Origin: Candidatus Bathyarchaeota archaeon
Lineage (GTDB): Archaea; Thermoproteota; Bathyarchaeia; Bathyarchaeales; Bathycorpusculaceae
Assembly: GCA_963815095.1 (NCBI GenBank)
Contig: CAWFFH010000003.1
Coordinates: 1-64,000 of the forward strand
DNA: 64,000 nt
Reading direction: 5' to 3'
The notes beneath the pieces were generated by a model. It did not search any database and was not told where the DNA came from. It saw only the letters and a list, made by a program, of their open reading frames with translations. The position numbers and the translations under genes are program-made. Position 1 is the first letter of the stretch; each line of letters begins with the position of its first letter. Shown one piece after another: positions 9,149-18,442 of the stretch.

Positions 9149-9670
9149 ATGGCAGACATAACCGATATCTTGGTAGGTCTATTTTCGGGTTTAGTTTCTG
9201 GTGTTTTTATAACTTTGCTTACTGGATGGATTCAAAATAGAAGCGCACAAAAAAACTTAAAAGTTCAGATGGAACAACAAGAAAGGAATCTAAAAATACA
9301 ATTGCTCCATGAAGACAAAAACAAAGCCTTAAGCGAATTATACCAAATTATTTTTCAAGAATATAAAAACTATAATGACTTTCAATGGGCTATTAGAGAT
9401 TTTTTCAATAGTCATTTAGGAAGTTATATTCCTGAAAAAGTTGCTAAAGATATCCTAAGTGAAATAAAACGCATAAACGAAAGAGCTGATACAAATGCGC
9501 CTCCAATAAATGATGAAGAATTAGAGCATGATGAGGAACAATGGGAAGATTACTTCAAAAGTTTACCCTATGATGATGAAATAAGGATAGAACATGACGT
9601 TAAGAACATGACGTACACATTTAAGTTAAGAATTAAGGATATAATCAGAGATAATTTGAATGAACTTTAA
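9149..9670 (+). CDS. Membrane-anchored hypothetical cargo protein
   Basis: 173 aa, N-terminal TM helix then coiled-coil/helical domain, very AT-rich. Confidence 0.75.
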   Translation: MADITDILVGLFSGLVSGVFITLLTGWIQNRSAQKNLKVQMEQQERNLKIQLLHEDKNKALSELYQIIFQEYKNYNDFQWAIRDFFNSHLGSYIPEKVAKDILSEIKRINERADTNAPPINDEELEHDEEQWEDYFKSLPYDDEIRIEHDVKNMTYTFKLRIKDIIRDNLNEL

Positions 9671-9705
9671 TTTCGTTATACCTATTCCTTTTTTCACTTA
9701 AGAAT

Positions 9706-9736
9706 AGGGTGTATACCCTCTCTCATAGGAAAAGGT
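9706..9736 (-). repeat. Bipartite site copy 8
   Basis: ACCTTTTCC-TATGAGA-GAGGGTATACACCCT, 6 nt after the stop at 9743. Confidence 0.75.
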
Positions 9737-9742
9737 AGTTAG

Positions 9743-9991
9743 TTATTCTTGGTCTTCATCTAAGTCTTCAGGGAATAACGGGTCATCGAATAGAACTAAA
9801 CCGTCACCGTTGGAGTCATCCATTATATTCTCTCTGATTTGTTTGTCTTCTTTTGGTTCTTGGCTGTTTTTCTTGGAATTAAAAAACATGGCTTTAAATG
9901 CTCTATAAGTGAGCGTCACGCCAACAAACACAATCAATAGCAAAATGCAGACAGCGAAAAAATCAAAAATGAAAGATAAAAAATCAATCAT
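9743..9991 (-). CDS. Small membrane protein with acidic tail
   Basis: Likely start MIDFLSF just after the integrase stop; one TM helix, acidic C-terminus. Confidence 0.6.
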   Translation of the reverse strand: MIDFLSFIFDFFAVCILLLIVFVGVTLTYRAFKAMFFNSKKNSQEPKEDKQIRENIMDDSNGDGLVLFDDPLFPEDLDEDQE

Positions 9992-9995
9992 CCAA

Positions 9996-10852
9996 TCACT
10001 TCCTCTTTTTGAATAGTTTAACGCCATCCATTTCGGTTACATATTCAAATCTAGGTTCGATAAGTGCGGTTGCTTCATCAAGATTATGGGCTACTTTACA
10101 TGTATATTCTTCTTTAGCGAAAGGCACAAGATGAGTATACACTAAAGTATTTTCTATACGCTTATGACCAAGAAACCACTTAACATGCAATATATCTTTG
10201 GTTCGCTGGTATTCCATAGTTGCCTTCCAATGGCGAAAAGACCTGAAAGCTAATCATAAGTAAACGTGGATTACCCAATTTCTTGCTAAGTTTCTTACGC
10301 ATTCCATAGTAGCTTCTGCTCCAATCATTAAAATCAGATGCCCCGAACACTCTATCATTATTATGTGGAAGAGAAAGCAATCGTGCTAACAGATGATTAC
10401 TAGGAGGTAAAGTTCTAGGCATTGTGGTTCTTGGTTGGTGTAATAGATACAGAATTATTTTCTACGTTGATATCTATCCAGCGTAATTTCCATGCTTCAC
10501 CTGAATCTGCTCCTGTCTCTTTTAATAACTCAAGAAATATTGAGAGTTTAGGGTAGGCTTTTGATATCAAATTATCTAACTCATATTCATGGGCTACAAA
10601 TATTGGTTTATCTTCACGGGTGAAATGTGGCTTATCCCATGATAGCTTATGAAATTGAATATAATAATCATAAGCATTAGCTAACAGTTCTTTTCTTGCT
10701 TCACTAACTGGATAACTACAGATAAAGATTCTTGATTTGTTCGGGTTTATCTAAATTTCCAAGTTTACCTAAAACCTGCAACCTCATCAAATAACTATCT
10801 GCTGTAACCTCACGGATATGACCCAAAAGAAATTGGTGCAGTAGGTGTACAT
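9996..10852 (-). pseudogene. Tyrosine recombinase/integrase, frameshifted
   Basis: Joined fragments read SYLMRL..LDKPEQIK / RKELLANAYDYY..WDKPHF..PIFVA..ELDNLI..FLELLKETGADSGEAWKLRWIDI..PTKNHN / RTLP.. / SFRHWKATMEYQRTKDILHVKWFLGHKRIENTLVYTHL. At least three 1-nt shifts. Confidence 0.9.
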
Positions 10853-10857
10853 CAAAG

Positions 10858-10942
10858 TGCAGAGGGTGGGATTTGAACCCACGAACCTCTGGAGGATAGG
10901 CTCCTGAAGCCTACGCCTTTGACCATGCTCGGCGACCTCTGC
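10858..10942 (-). tRNA. tRNA-Leu(CAG)
   Basis: GCAGAGG acceptor, D-arm GCCGAGCATGGTCAAAGGC, anticodon stem TAGGC-TT CAG GA-GCCTA, variable arm, GGTTCAAATCC T-loop. Confidence 0.97.
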
Positions 10943-11047
10943 ACAAAGTGGCTTCTCGTTAGTCAAATTGCCTTTAATGATAAATACATTACCACGGTTG
11001 GGGGTTTAGACTCAATTGCCCAAAGATTAAAAATAGTGTGAAAAAAA

Positions 11048-11462
11048 CTATGTCTCAGCAGTTGTCTGTTGGGCTATTAGTTGTTTTACCTTCTGCTCAA
11101 TTTCATCTCGGATTTCTCTTACTTTTTCTATAGGTTTGCCTTTTGGGTCTTCAAGATTTCCATCCGATTGTAGGTTTGAAGAATGGCCCATAGCATATAC
11201 CGTGGTCATTGCAACCCATTGTAACAATCAAGTCTGCGTCTATAGCCATATTTGCTGTTATCAGTTTTGGCTGGTTCATTGATAAGCCGATACCCTTTTC
11301 CTTCAAAACCTCAACCACCATAGGGTTCACGTGTTCAGCAGGTTTGTTGCCAGCACTAGAAGCGATTAATGTATCGGCGCCATATTTTTTTCCGAACGCT
11401 TCAGCCATTTGGCTTCTGCCAGCTTTTTCGACACAGACAAACAAAATCTTCTTCACGATCAA
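11048..11462 (-). CDS. arsC: Arsenate reductase/LMW phosphatase (C-terminal frameshift)
   Basis: LFVCVEKAGRSQMAE P-loop, SAG, ADLIVTMGC; the C-terminal LEDPKGKPIEKVREIRDEI is in another frame. Confidence 0.85.
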
Positions 11463-11468
11463 TCTTCT

Positions 11469-11756
11469 CTAGTCTAATGCGGCTTCTTGAAGTTTTTCAA
11501 TAGTCTTTCGGGTTTCCTCTTCCGAAGGATGGGAAATGGCGCCAGCGGGGCAGATATCTTCACAACCTCTGCAGAAAACTACGCACTTGTTTGGGTTTAC
11601 TATGGTTCTTTTTTTTCCATCTTTCTCTTCCAAGTTGTAAGCGGTCATGTGACAGAAGTCGACGCATTTTCCGCAAGATATACATTTTTCATAGTCGATT
11701 TTTGGGTTCCAGGGAATTTTGTTTCGGGGAATTCCTTCGTATGTTTCTTCAGACAT
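11469..11756 (-). CDS. 4Fe-4S dicluster ferredoxin-like protein
   Basis: CISCGKCVDFC and CVVFCRGCEDICP motifs. Confidence 0.9.
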   Translation of the reverse strand: MSEETYEGIPRNKIPWNPKIDYEKCISCGKCVDFCHMTAYNLEEKDGKKRTIVNPNKCVVFCRGCEDICPAGAISHPSEEETRKTIEKLQEAALD

Positions 11757-11765
11757 TCAATTCAC

Positions 11766-12134
11766 CTATTTTTGTGTTGTCCAAAACGGGTAAATTTCCA
11801 AGTTTTCAGACAGGCTTTTCAGATAAGCCTTAACCTCAATTTCGTCTAAGTTGGGGATGCCGTTTTTGTCTTTGTGAAGGGGGATTTTTGTTTCTCTTAG
11901 TGCATCGCCTTTTGGGAAGTCGTTGAAGATGTAGTAGCGTTTGTCGTGGAGCATTATTATTTTGATGGTGGAGAATTCTTTGTTTTTTGAGAAGCCGTTT
12001 TGTTCAAGGATGAAAACTATTGAGGCGTTCTTCTTTTCAGTAACTATGTGTTTAAAATCTTGCCAGCTTCGGATTTGTATGTGTCCTTCAGTCAATGTTG
12101 TCACTTGGTGGTTTTGAGTATGTTTAATTAACAA
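11766..12134 (-). CDS. Hypothetical protein
   Basis: 122-aa ORF co-oriented with the ferredoxin and arsC; the true start is probably slightly downstream. Confidence 0.65.
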   Translation of the reverse strand: MLIKHTQNHQVTTLTEGHIQIRSWQDFKHIVTEKKNASIVFILEQNGFSKNKEFSTIKIIMLHDKRYYIFNDFPKGDALRETKIPLHKDKNGIPNLDEIEVKAYLKSLSENLEIYPFWTTQK

Positions 12135-12182
12135 GCTATTAATGTAAATATTTAAATATTGTTATATATTCTATTTGAAATC

Positions 12183-12278
12183 ATGAACCCACCAACAGCG
12201 CAATAACAAAGATTCAAAGCACAAGTCTTTCATGCACTCTCAGACCCCGACCGACTTGAAATCCTTGAATTTCTACAT
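12183..12278 (+). pseudogene. Truncated ArsR-family regulator remnant
   Basis: MNPPTAQ*QRFKAQVFHALSDPDRLEILEFLH is the ArsR N-terminal signature with an internal stop, then truncated; divergent from the ars-like operon. Confidence 0.7.
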
Positions 12279-12908
12279 GTCCACTCATCGAGATTCCATT
12301 TATGCTAACGTTAGTTTCGTTGGCGCAAAGGCGTAAAAAACACGCAATACATTATCCTGAGAAAGGATCGAACAAATGGCTCTAAAAATTAATCCCTCCT
12401 TTTGTTGCAAATGGTACACTTTTTTTCGCTTTTGTACCATAGATGTCGCTAAATTTATAATTAAGCTAATTCTATCTTGTTTGTGTAGGTCAGGGAGCAA
12501 GCTTTAGATGCAATGCATTGAGGCACAGAAGCGTGCTAATTGAAACAGCGAAAAATTAGTACGCGTTCAAGACTTTGCCTCTATGGGCTGAACATGCATA
12601 GTGTTGTGGCATCTGAGCTGTGAAGCAGCAGGTTCCAAACGGCGCAAGAATCTGCAGCGGTTAAGACACCACTTAGGTGGGCCGTATACAACAATAAGGC
12701 TCAGACTTGACCTACTACAAATTGAGTGGAAGAAAAATTAAAACGGAAAAACCGTAAAACTCCACTTTTTTAAATGTATTTAATTCCCTGATTTTATATT
12801 TTTCTTCGAGCAGTGGGCACCATATTTTTGTTCTTTGAGCCTTTGGAGCAAGGAAAGTGAAGGCTGAACTTCTGTTAAGCCTTTACATAAAGGGCTAAAA
12901 AAAGAGAA

Positions 12909-13880
12909 CTATAGTCCAACAACATAAATTCGCAGAGCCAAAACTGGAACAACCACAACCAACCCAAACAAAACAGCCGTTACAGTCATCACTCGCAAAG
13001 CCTTCGTAATATGTTCCGCAGAGATTCCATGATCATCGCCCAACATGTAGTAGCCCTGTTTTTCTAGTTGTATATTTAGTGCTCCCGCCATGGCAGAGAT
13101 GGTGAAGCCTGCATTGGGACTTGCGGTTTTGTGTTTGTCACGCTGCAGAATACGCCACGATTCCCGCCAATCTTCGCGCAACACAAAAGATGCAGCCACC
13201 ATCAAGTAAGCTGTTAAACGTGCTGGAATATAGTTTGCTATAGTATCCAATTTGGCTGAGAACCAGCCGATATTTCGGTTTTCAACGTTCTTGTAGCCAA
13301 CCATGGAATCCAAAGTGTTTACAACACGATAAGCAAACGCTCCTGGAACTCCAAATAATGCAAAAAAGAAGAACGGGGCGGTTATCCCATCAGTAGTGCT
13401 TTCCGCAATGGATTCGACCGCTCCAGAAATAATCTGACGCTCATTGAGGCTGTTTGGGTCACGCCTAACAATGTAAGGCAACCATTTTCGTGCCCCAGCT
13501 AAATCGTTCTGTTTTAGGGCTTTTGCAATGGGTTTGGTATATTGTCCCATGCCTCTGATAGCGAAGGTGGCTTTGAACAAGATGGCACCCACGATGATGT
13601 AGAGTATTTCGCCATATGGTAACGTTCTGAGCCAGAAAAGGAGCAGAAAAACTGGAAGCGCAACAACCAACATAATGGTTATCGCCATTAAGATACCATT
13701 TACTTTCTCAACTTTTGGATTAGGGTTTTTTGATTTGCGTTTGAGGTACGAAATCATTTTGCCTATACCTATTGTTGGATGAATCCTGTCCGGATACTCC
13801 CCCAAAACCATGTCAATCAAGAAAGCTAACGCAAAAATCAGAACAGAATCAACGAGCAATGAGAGGTCAAGCGAAAACAT
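12909..13880 (-). CDS. cbiB: Adenosylcobinamide-phosphate synthase
   Basis: HP..IG, IVRRD, AVESIAESTTDG, YRVVNTLDSMVGY, SPNAG motifs. Confidence 0.95.
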   Translation of the reverse strand: MFSLDLSLLVDSVLIFALAFLIDMVLGEYPDRIHPTIGIGKMISYLKRKSKNPNPKVEKVNGILMAITIMLVVALPVFLLLFWLRTLPYGEILYIIVGAILFKATFAIRGMGQYTKPIAKALKQNDLAGARKWLPYIVRRDPNSLNERQIISGAVESIAESTTDGITAPFFFFALFGVPGAFAYRVVNTLDSMVGYKNVENRNIGWFSAKLDTIANYIPARLTAYLMVAASFVLREDWRESWRILQRDKHKTASPNAGFTISAMAGALNIQLEKQGYYMLGDDHGISAEHITKALRVMTVTAVLFGLVVVVPVLALRIYVVGL

Positions 13881-13890
13881 AGGTCACTAC

Positions 13891-15018
13891 TCAAACTGCC
13901 TTTACTATCCGCTTGAATGCGTCAATCAACCGCACATTCTCCGCATGAGTTTTGACAGCAACGCGAATGTAGTATTCGTCTATTCCCTTGAATGAGGTGC
14001 AATCGCGAATCAGAATTCCCTGCTTAAGCATTTTGTTTTTTATTTCTGCAGCGGTTAAGCCTGACTTGTGGATGTTGATGAAGAAAAAGTTGGCATCTGG
14101 TGCAGAAAACTTAAACGAGCCAAATTTCCCTAACTCGGCTTGGAGCCATGCTTTTTCTGTTTTGATGAGTTCACGCGTCAAACTAAGATGGGCTTCATCT
14201 TTCAAGGCAGCCACTGCAGCAGCCTGCGCTAAACAGTTAACGTTCCAAGGAATCTTGGCACAAGAGAGCACGTTGATGATTTCTTCGTTGGCTATGCCAT
14301 AACCAACCCGCAAACCTGTCAAACCAAAAATCTTGGTAAAAGACCTCAAAATGAACAGGTTAGGATACTTGTTGATTTTGCCGATCATAGTGAGGGCTTT
14401 TTCGTCGTTTACAAACTCCAAGAAGTCCTCGTCGAGGAAAACAACAGGATCGTGTTCCAAAGCTACCTCGATTATGTCTGTTAATGTTTCTTTTGGTATG
14501 AGCATGCTGGTTGGGTTGTTTGGGTTACATAAGAAAACAAGTTTCGCCCCAACCATTTCACGTTTAAACACTTCCGGGTCAATCGCAAAGTTTCTTCCTA
14601 ATTTTGCGAATTTGGGTGTTTCCCCCGTTTTAATAACAGCACTTTCATATTCACCAAAGGTTGGCGCTGGCATAAGTGCCTTTTCACCTTTTTTGAGAAA
14701 AACTTCCGCAAAAAGATACATGAGTTCAGTGGAGCCATTTCCGACAACAACGTTGCTCTTGGTGATTCCAAAATGACTTGCAATAACCTGTCGAAGTTCA
14801 TTTGAATTTGAATCTGGATAAAAACTAATTTGGCTGAAGGCTTTTTTTAACGTCAAGCGCTTCTTTTGATGGACCCAGTGGGTTTACGCTTGAGCTGAAA
14901 TCCAAAATGTCCTGGGCAAAAGCCCACTTTCCTCTGCGGCACCTAAAACCTCTGCGCCGTGAACGCATGGCTTAAGATTTTTAACGTTATCTCGAATTAG
15001 GCTCTCAATGGGCTTCAT
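13891..15018 (-). CDS. cobD: L-threonine-O-3-phosphate decarboxylase (PLP); N-terminus frameshifted
   Basis: CNPNNPT, DEDF, RSFTKIFGLTGLRVGY, ILIRDC. N-terminal MKPIESLIRDNV..CVHGA and ILDFSSSVNPLGPS lie in other frames upstream of 14856; adjacent to cbiB. Confidence 0.85.
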
Positions 15019-15088
15019 TATGTTTTTTCCTTCAGCTAAGCCACTAAATTCCATGGTTTCTTTTTAACGTAAATCATATAAATGTTTG

Positions 15089-15106
15089 GTTGGATGTTCC
15101 ATCCAA
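15089..15106. promoter_or_regulatory. Candidate operator upstream of cobD-cbiB
   Basis: GTTGGATGTTCCATCCAA dyad next to a TATA-like element; nearly identical to the site upstream of btuF. Confidence 0.55.
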
Positions 15107-15176
15107 ACCAACTTATCAGCAAAAGGGTTTTTGAATAAGCAAAACAATGCTATAGGTAGTTCGCAAGGACATTTTT

Positions 15177-15359
15177 ATGAGCGACAAATTAGACAAACAC
15201 AAAATCGAAGAACTAAGACAAATGGTTAAAGACAAAGACCCAAAGCAACCTGTAGAGGAACTCCTGACAATATTTTGCGAGCGCCATGGACTTTCCTCTG
15301 GAACATGCAGATATTACTACAATGTTTTGGTTGAAAATGGCGATATTAAAGAAAAATAG
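15177..15359 (+). CDS. Small hypothetical protein
   Basis: 60-aa ORF with a plausible helical/HTH-like sequence. Confidence 0.65.
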   Translation: MSDKLDKHKIEELRQMVKDKDPKQPVEELLTIFCERHGLSSGTCRYYYNVLVENGDIKEK

Positions 15360-15401
15360 CTTTAAAGTTTTAAGCCCTCAATTACTCTGCAAGGGCTCAC
15401 A

Positions 15402-16199
15402 TTGAATGAACTTGTCTTCATAGGTTTAGGATTAAATGACGAGAAAGGCATCACCGTCAAGGGTTTAGAAGAAACCAAAACGGCAGACGCCGTTTTCATG
15501 GAAAACTACACAAGCCTCATGCCAGACTTCAGCCTGCAAAGGTTTAGGACGTTATGTGGAAAAAAAATCCAAATAGTTTCCAGACGTGACCTTGAAGAAG
15601 AAAACGGAACCCAAATCCTCCATGCAGCGAAAGTCGGAAAAGCTGTGTTTCTTGTTCCCGGCGACCCCTTCATAGCAACAACCCATATTTCTTTGCGGAT
15701 TGACGCTGAAAAACAGGGGATTAAAACCCGCATAATCCACGGCATATCTATTATGTCAGCAATCGTGAGCCTCTCAGGTTTACATAATTACAAGTTTGGA
15801 AAAACAGTCACAGTACCATTTCCCGAGAATTTTTCGGAAACACCCTACAACGTTATCGCCCAAAATAAGAAGTTGGGATTGCATACGCTTTGCCTTTTAG
15901 ATTTGAAGGCTAAAGAAAACCTCTTTTTAAGCATAAACCAAGCCATCAAGATGCTACGGAAAGTTGAAGAAAAAAAGAGACAAAATGTAATTACGACTGA
16001 AACAATTGCGGTCGGAATTGCAAGAGCAGGAGGTAACAGCCCAACCCTTAAAGCCGACTTCTTAAAAGACTTAGCAAGTTTTGATTTTGGTGAGCCACCC
16101 TACAGCCTGATTTTTCCAGGAGACTTGCATTTTATGGAGGTTGATTCTTTGATTGCTTTTGCGGGTGCGCCGTCGGAGTTTCGGAGGCTTGCAAAATAA
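15402..16199 (+). CDS. dph5: Diphthine synthase
   Basis: IGLGL, ENYTS, GDPFIATTH, GLHNYKFGKTVTVPF, GLHTLCLLD. Confidence 0.96.
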   Translation: MNELVFIGLGLNDEKGITVKGLEETKTADAVFMENYTSLMPDFSLQRFRTLCGKKIQIVSRRDLEEENGTQILHAAKVGKAVFLVPGDPFIATTHISLRIDAEKQGIKTRIIHGISIMSAIVSLSGLHNYKFGKTVTVPFPENFSETPYNVIAQNKKLGLHTLCLLDLKAKENLFLSINQAIKMLRKVEEKKRQNVITTETIAVGIARAGGNSPTLKADFLKDLASFDFGEPPYSLIFPGDLHFMEVDSLIAFAGAPSEFRRLAK

Positions 16200-16231
16200 G
16201 CTTAGAAACACTCACTTCCAAATACATTTCC

Positions 16232-16480
16232 ATGGCTGAAAAAGTCTTCAGCGAACTCAAAAAAACTCAAACATCCGTCAGCTTGACTGAGGAGATGGTA
16301 GCTTTTGTTTTGAGTTACGCGAATGATTACTTGGAGGATGCAAAGTATTATAAGGCTCAGGGCAACCTTGAAACCAGCTTAACCTCAGTAGCTTACTGTG
16401 AAGGGCTACTTGACGCTTTAAGATTATTGGGTGCTGTGAACTTCGAATGGTCAACAAACCCGGAAAAAAAATTGTTTTAG
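16232..16480 (+). CDS. DUF357 family protein
   Basis: YLEDAKYY...SVAYCEGLLDALRLLG, typical dph5 neighbour. Confidence 0.85.
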   Translation: MAEKVFSELKKTQTSVSLTEEMVAFVLSYANDYLEDAKYYKAQGNLETSLTSVAYCEGLLDALRLLGAVNFEWSTNPEKKLF

Positions 16481-16905
16481 CCTCAGGCGTTTTTGACCTG
16501 CTGCATTTGGGTCATGTGCGATTTCTGGAGGATGCAAAGAAAGCAGGAGGCAAGAATGCTAAACTTGTGGTTGTTATCGCCAGAGACAGCACCGTAGAGA
16601 AAACTAAAGGTAGAAATACCATAATGTCTGAAGACCAGCGCTGCGCATTGGTGGAGTCATTGAAAGTTGTTGATGAAGCAGTCTTAGGCTACGAAAACTT
16701 CGCGATCGGCGAGATTATTGAAAAAATTAAGCCAGACATAATCGCCTTGGGATATGACCAATCAGAAATGGAAAACGAAGTCAAAGAATACATTGCTTTA
16801 CATAAATTACCCGTTGAAGTTGTCAAGATTAGCAAGTTTGGGGAGAATGCTTTAGATAGTTCGTCCAAGATTAAGCAGAAAATAATCGATAAACTCTCCA
16901 GGTAA
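16447..16905 (+). CDS. ribL: FAD synthetase (cytidylyltransferase family)
   Basis: GVFDLLHLGH, VIARD, PDIIALGYDQ, SSSKIK. Confidence 0.88.
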   Translation: MVNKPGKKIVLASGVFDLLHLGHVRFLEDAKKAGGKNAKLVVVIARDSTVEKTKGRNTIMSEDQRCALVESLKVVDEAVLGYENFAIGEIIEKIKPDIIALGYDQSEMENEVKEYIALHKLPVEVVKISKFGENALDSSSKIKQKIIDKLSR

Positions 16906-16918
16906 CGGTTGTACGCTT

Positions 16919-17527
16919 ATGGGGTGCGAGAAGTATAAGCCAACGTTCATTCTTATCGGGGTAATGGTTGCTATCTACATTTACAGTGCGATCGTCGGCG
17001 GAGACGCATTAATCACAGGCAACAACGTCATCTATCAATGGGGACAAGTAAATTATTCTGTTTTTAACGGAGCATATTATCAACTTTTCACTTCAATGTT
17101 CATCCATGCCTCAATAGTTCACCTCGTCGGCAACATGCTCTTCCTTTTCATATTCGGTTTGCGTGGAGAAGAAATGTTTTCGTTAACTGAATACCTCGGA
17201 ATCTTCATCGCAGGCGGTTTTGTCGGCAACGTTCTCACTTTAGCTTTTGGACCCAACTTTATTTCTGTGGGTGCCTCAGGAGCAATTTTTGCCCTGTTCG
17301 GTGCATGCGTAATTTACAGTAGGCGTTCAGTGCGACAATCAATTCTGGGAGCGTTAGTTTACGCATTCTTTCTATTTTTCATTAATACAGGCGCAGGCGT
17401 CAACATTTTGGCTCATTTAGGCGGGTTAGGTTTCGGTTTAATTGTAGGCTATTTAATTGCTACAAGACGCAAACCCGACCATGTTGAAAAAGCGAGAAAT
17501 CCATATTCAGTTGCGATGCCGTTTTAG
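16919..17527 (+). CDS. Rhomboid intramembrane serine protease
   Basis: FTSMFIH..HL.GNM, GASGAIF, AHLGG. Confidence 0.93.
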   Translation: MGCEKYKPTFILIGVMVAIYIYSAIVGGDALITGNNVIYQWGQVNYSVFNGAYYQLFTSMFIHASIVHLVGNMLFLFIFGLRGEEMFSLTEYLGIFIAGGFVGNVLTLAFGPNFISVGASGAIFALFGACVIYSRRSVRQSILGALVYAFFLFFINTGAGVNILAHLGGLGFGLIVGYLIATRRKPDHVEKARNPYSVAMPF

Positions 17528-18216
17528 TTGCTCTGAGTGTAGACTTCAACTTTGACTTTGTTGCCGTCTTTTAGGCTTAGTGATTTTCTTAGACAAACGG
17601 GCGCAATTATTTCTAAAACTGAAGCATCATAGTGACTACGGAGAGCCGTGACTAACGCGCCCTTAACTGTCCCTCCAATGATTACTGGATAACATTTTAC
17701 CAGGCCAAAGGTCCGGTCTTCATTCTTGAAGCCTTTAACTTCAATCGCTGGGTACGCATCCAGTTCCATGCGGGTTTTAACGTCATAGTCCGAATTCAAT
17801 TTGAGATTGAGTGTACCTGGATAAGGTTCAAAACCCATTTTCTCAACAATTTCTTTCCGATACTCCTCTTTTGTGATGTAGTAAGCTCCTTCGCCTAAAC
17901 CCGTAAAAACAGTCCCTTCTAACGTCACCGAAGGGGGATAAGATTTCTCCATCAAAACCTTAAGACCCGAATACAATTTCTGAAGCTCTTTTGTGCCTTG
18001 CTCTTCAATTTTGATTAAGCTTCCGTCAGGAGTAATGTTGCGTTGTATCCAGCTTTTGCGTTCAAGCTCGATTAGGTATCTTGAGGCTGTTTGCTGGGAA
18101 ATTCCGAGTTTCTTTGCTAAGTATTCAGTGGATATTTTGGCGATTCGCCTGTATGCACCCATCTCTGCGAGTTTTAGGAGCATGTAGAGGTGCTGCCACT
18201 TCTGCTTCTCAGTCAA
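17524..18216 (-). CDS. ribK: CTP-dependent riboflavin kinase with N-terminal HTH (RbkR type)
   Basis: HTH LGISQQTASRYL, GLGEGAYY, PYPGTLN, LEIIAP..LR. Confidence 0.93.
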   Translation of the reverse strand: MTEKQKWQHLYMLLKLAEMGAYRRIAKISTEYLAKKLGISQQTASRYLIELERKSWIQRNITPDGSLIKIEEQGTKELQKLYSGLKVLMEKSYPPSVTLEGTVFTGLGEGAYYITKEEYRKEIVEKMGFEPYPGTLNLKLNSDYDVKTRMELDAYPAIEVKGFKNEDRTFGLVKCYPVIIGGTVKGALVTALRSHYDASVLEIIAPVCLRKSLSLKDGNKVKVEVYTQSN

Positions 18217-18442
18217 CGCAAATCTCCAGTGGATTAGAAAATAAAAGGTTGAATATTTAAGCGGCTCGAAACCCGAACACTAAATCAATTCATTTTTTAT
18301 TTTCTCTGGTGGTTTAATTTGAATCAGATGAATCTTTTTTTTCATAGTGCAAAAAGCTCAGATATAAACAAATTCAGCATGAGAAATGACAGCAAGAAGC
18401 TGTCCTTGTCCCAAAATTTAGCAAATGCTTAAGATTATGTAG

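Larger units (their letters stand above)
1114..10885 (-). mobile_element. Integrated element (~9.8 kb) at the tRNA-Leu 3' end
   Basis: Tyrosine integrase remnant next to tRNA-Leu, degenerate direct repeat of the tRNA 3' end at 1114-1143, replication-type ATPase, many small ORFans, and visibly AT-richer sequence than the backbone. Confidence 0.8.

Noticed and set aside
1896-9736. CRISPR array or integron attC interpretation of the repeats
   Set aside because: Spacing is irregular (0.17-2.7 kb), orientations are mixed, there are no cas genes, and there are no RYYYAAC/GTTRRRY ends or long hairpins.
10843-10852. AGGTGTACAT next to the tRNA as a ninth site
   Set aside because: Matches the right arm only; no ACCTTTTCC at the expected distance.
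10858-10942. tRNA-Sec reading (TCA in the anticodon loop)
   Set aside because: The 5-bp stem TAGGC/GCCTA places CAG at positions 34-36; the 7-bp acceptor and D-arm are typical of Leu.
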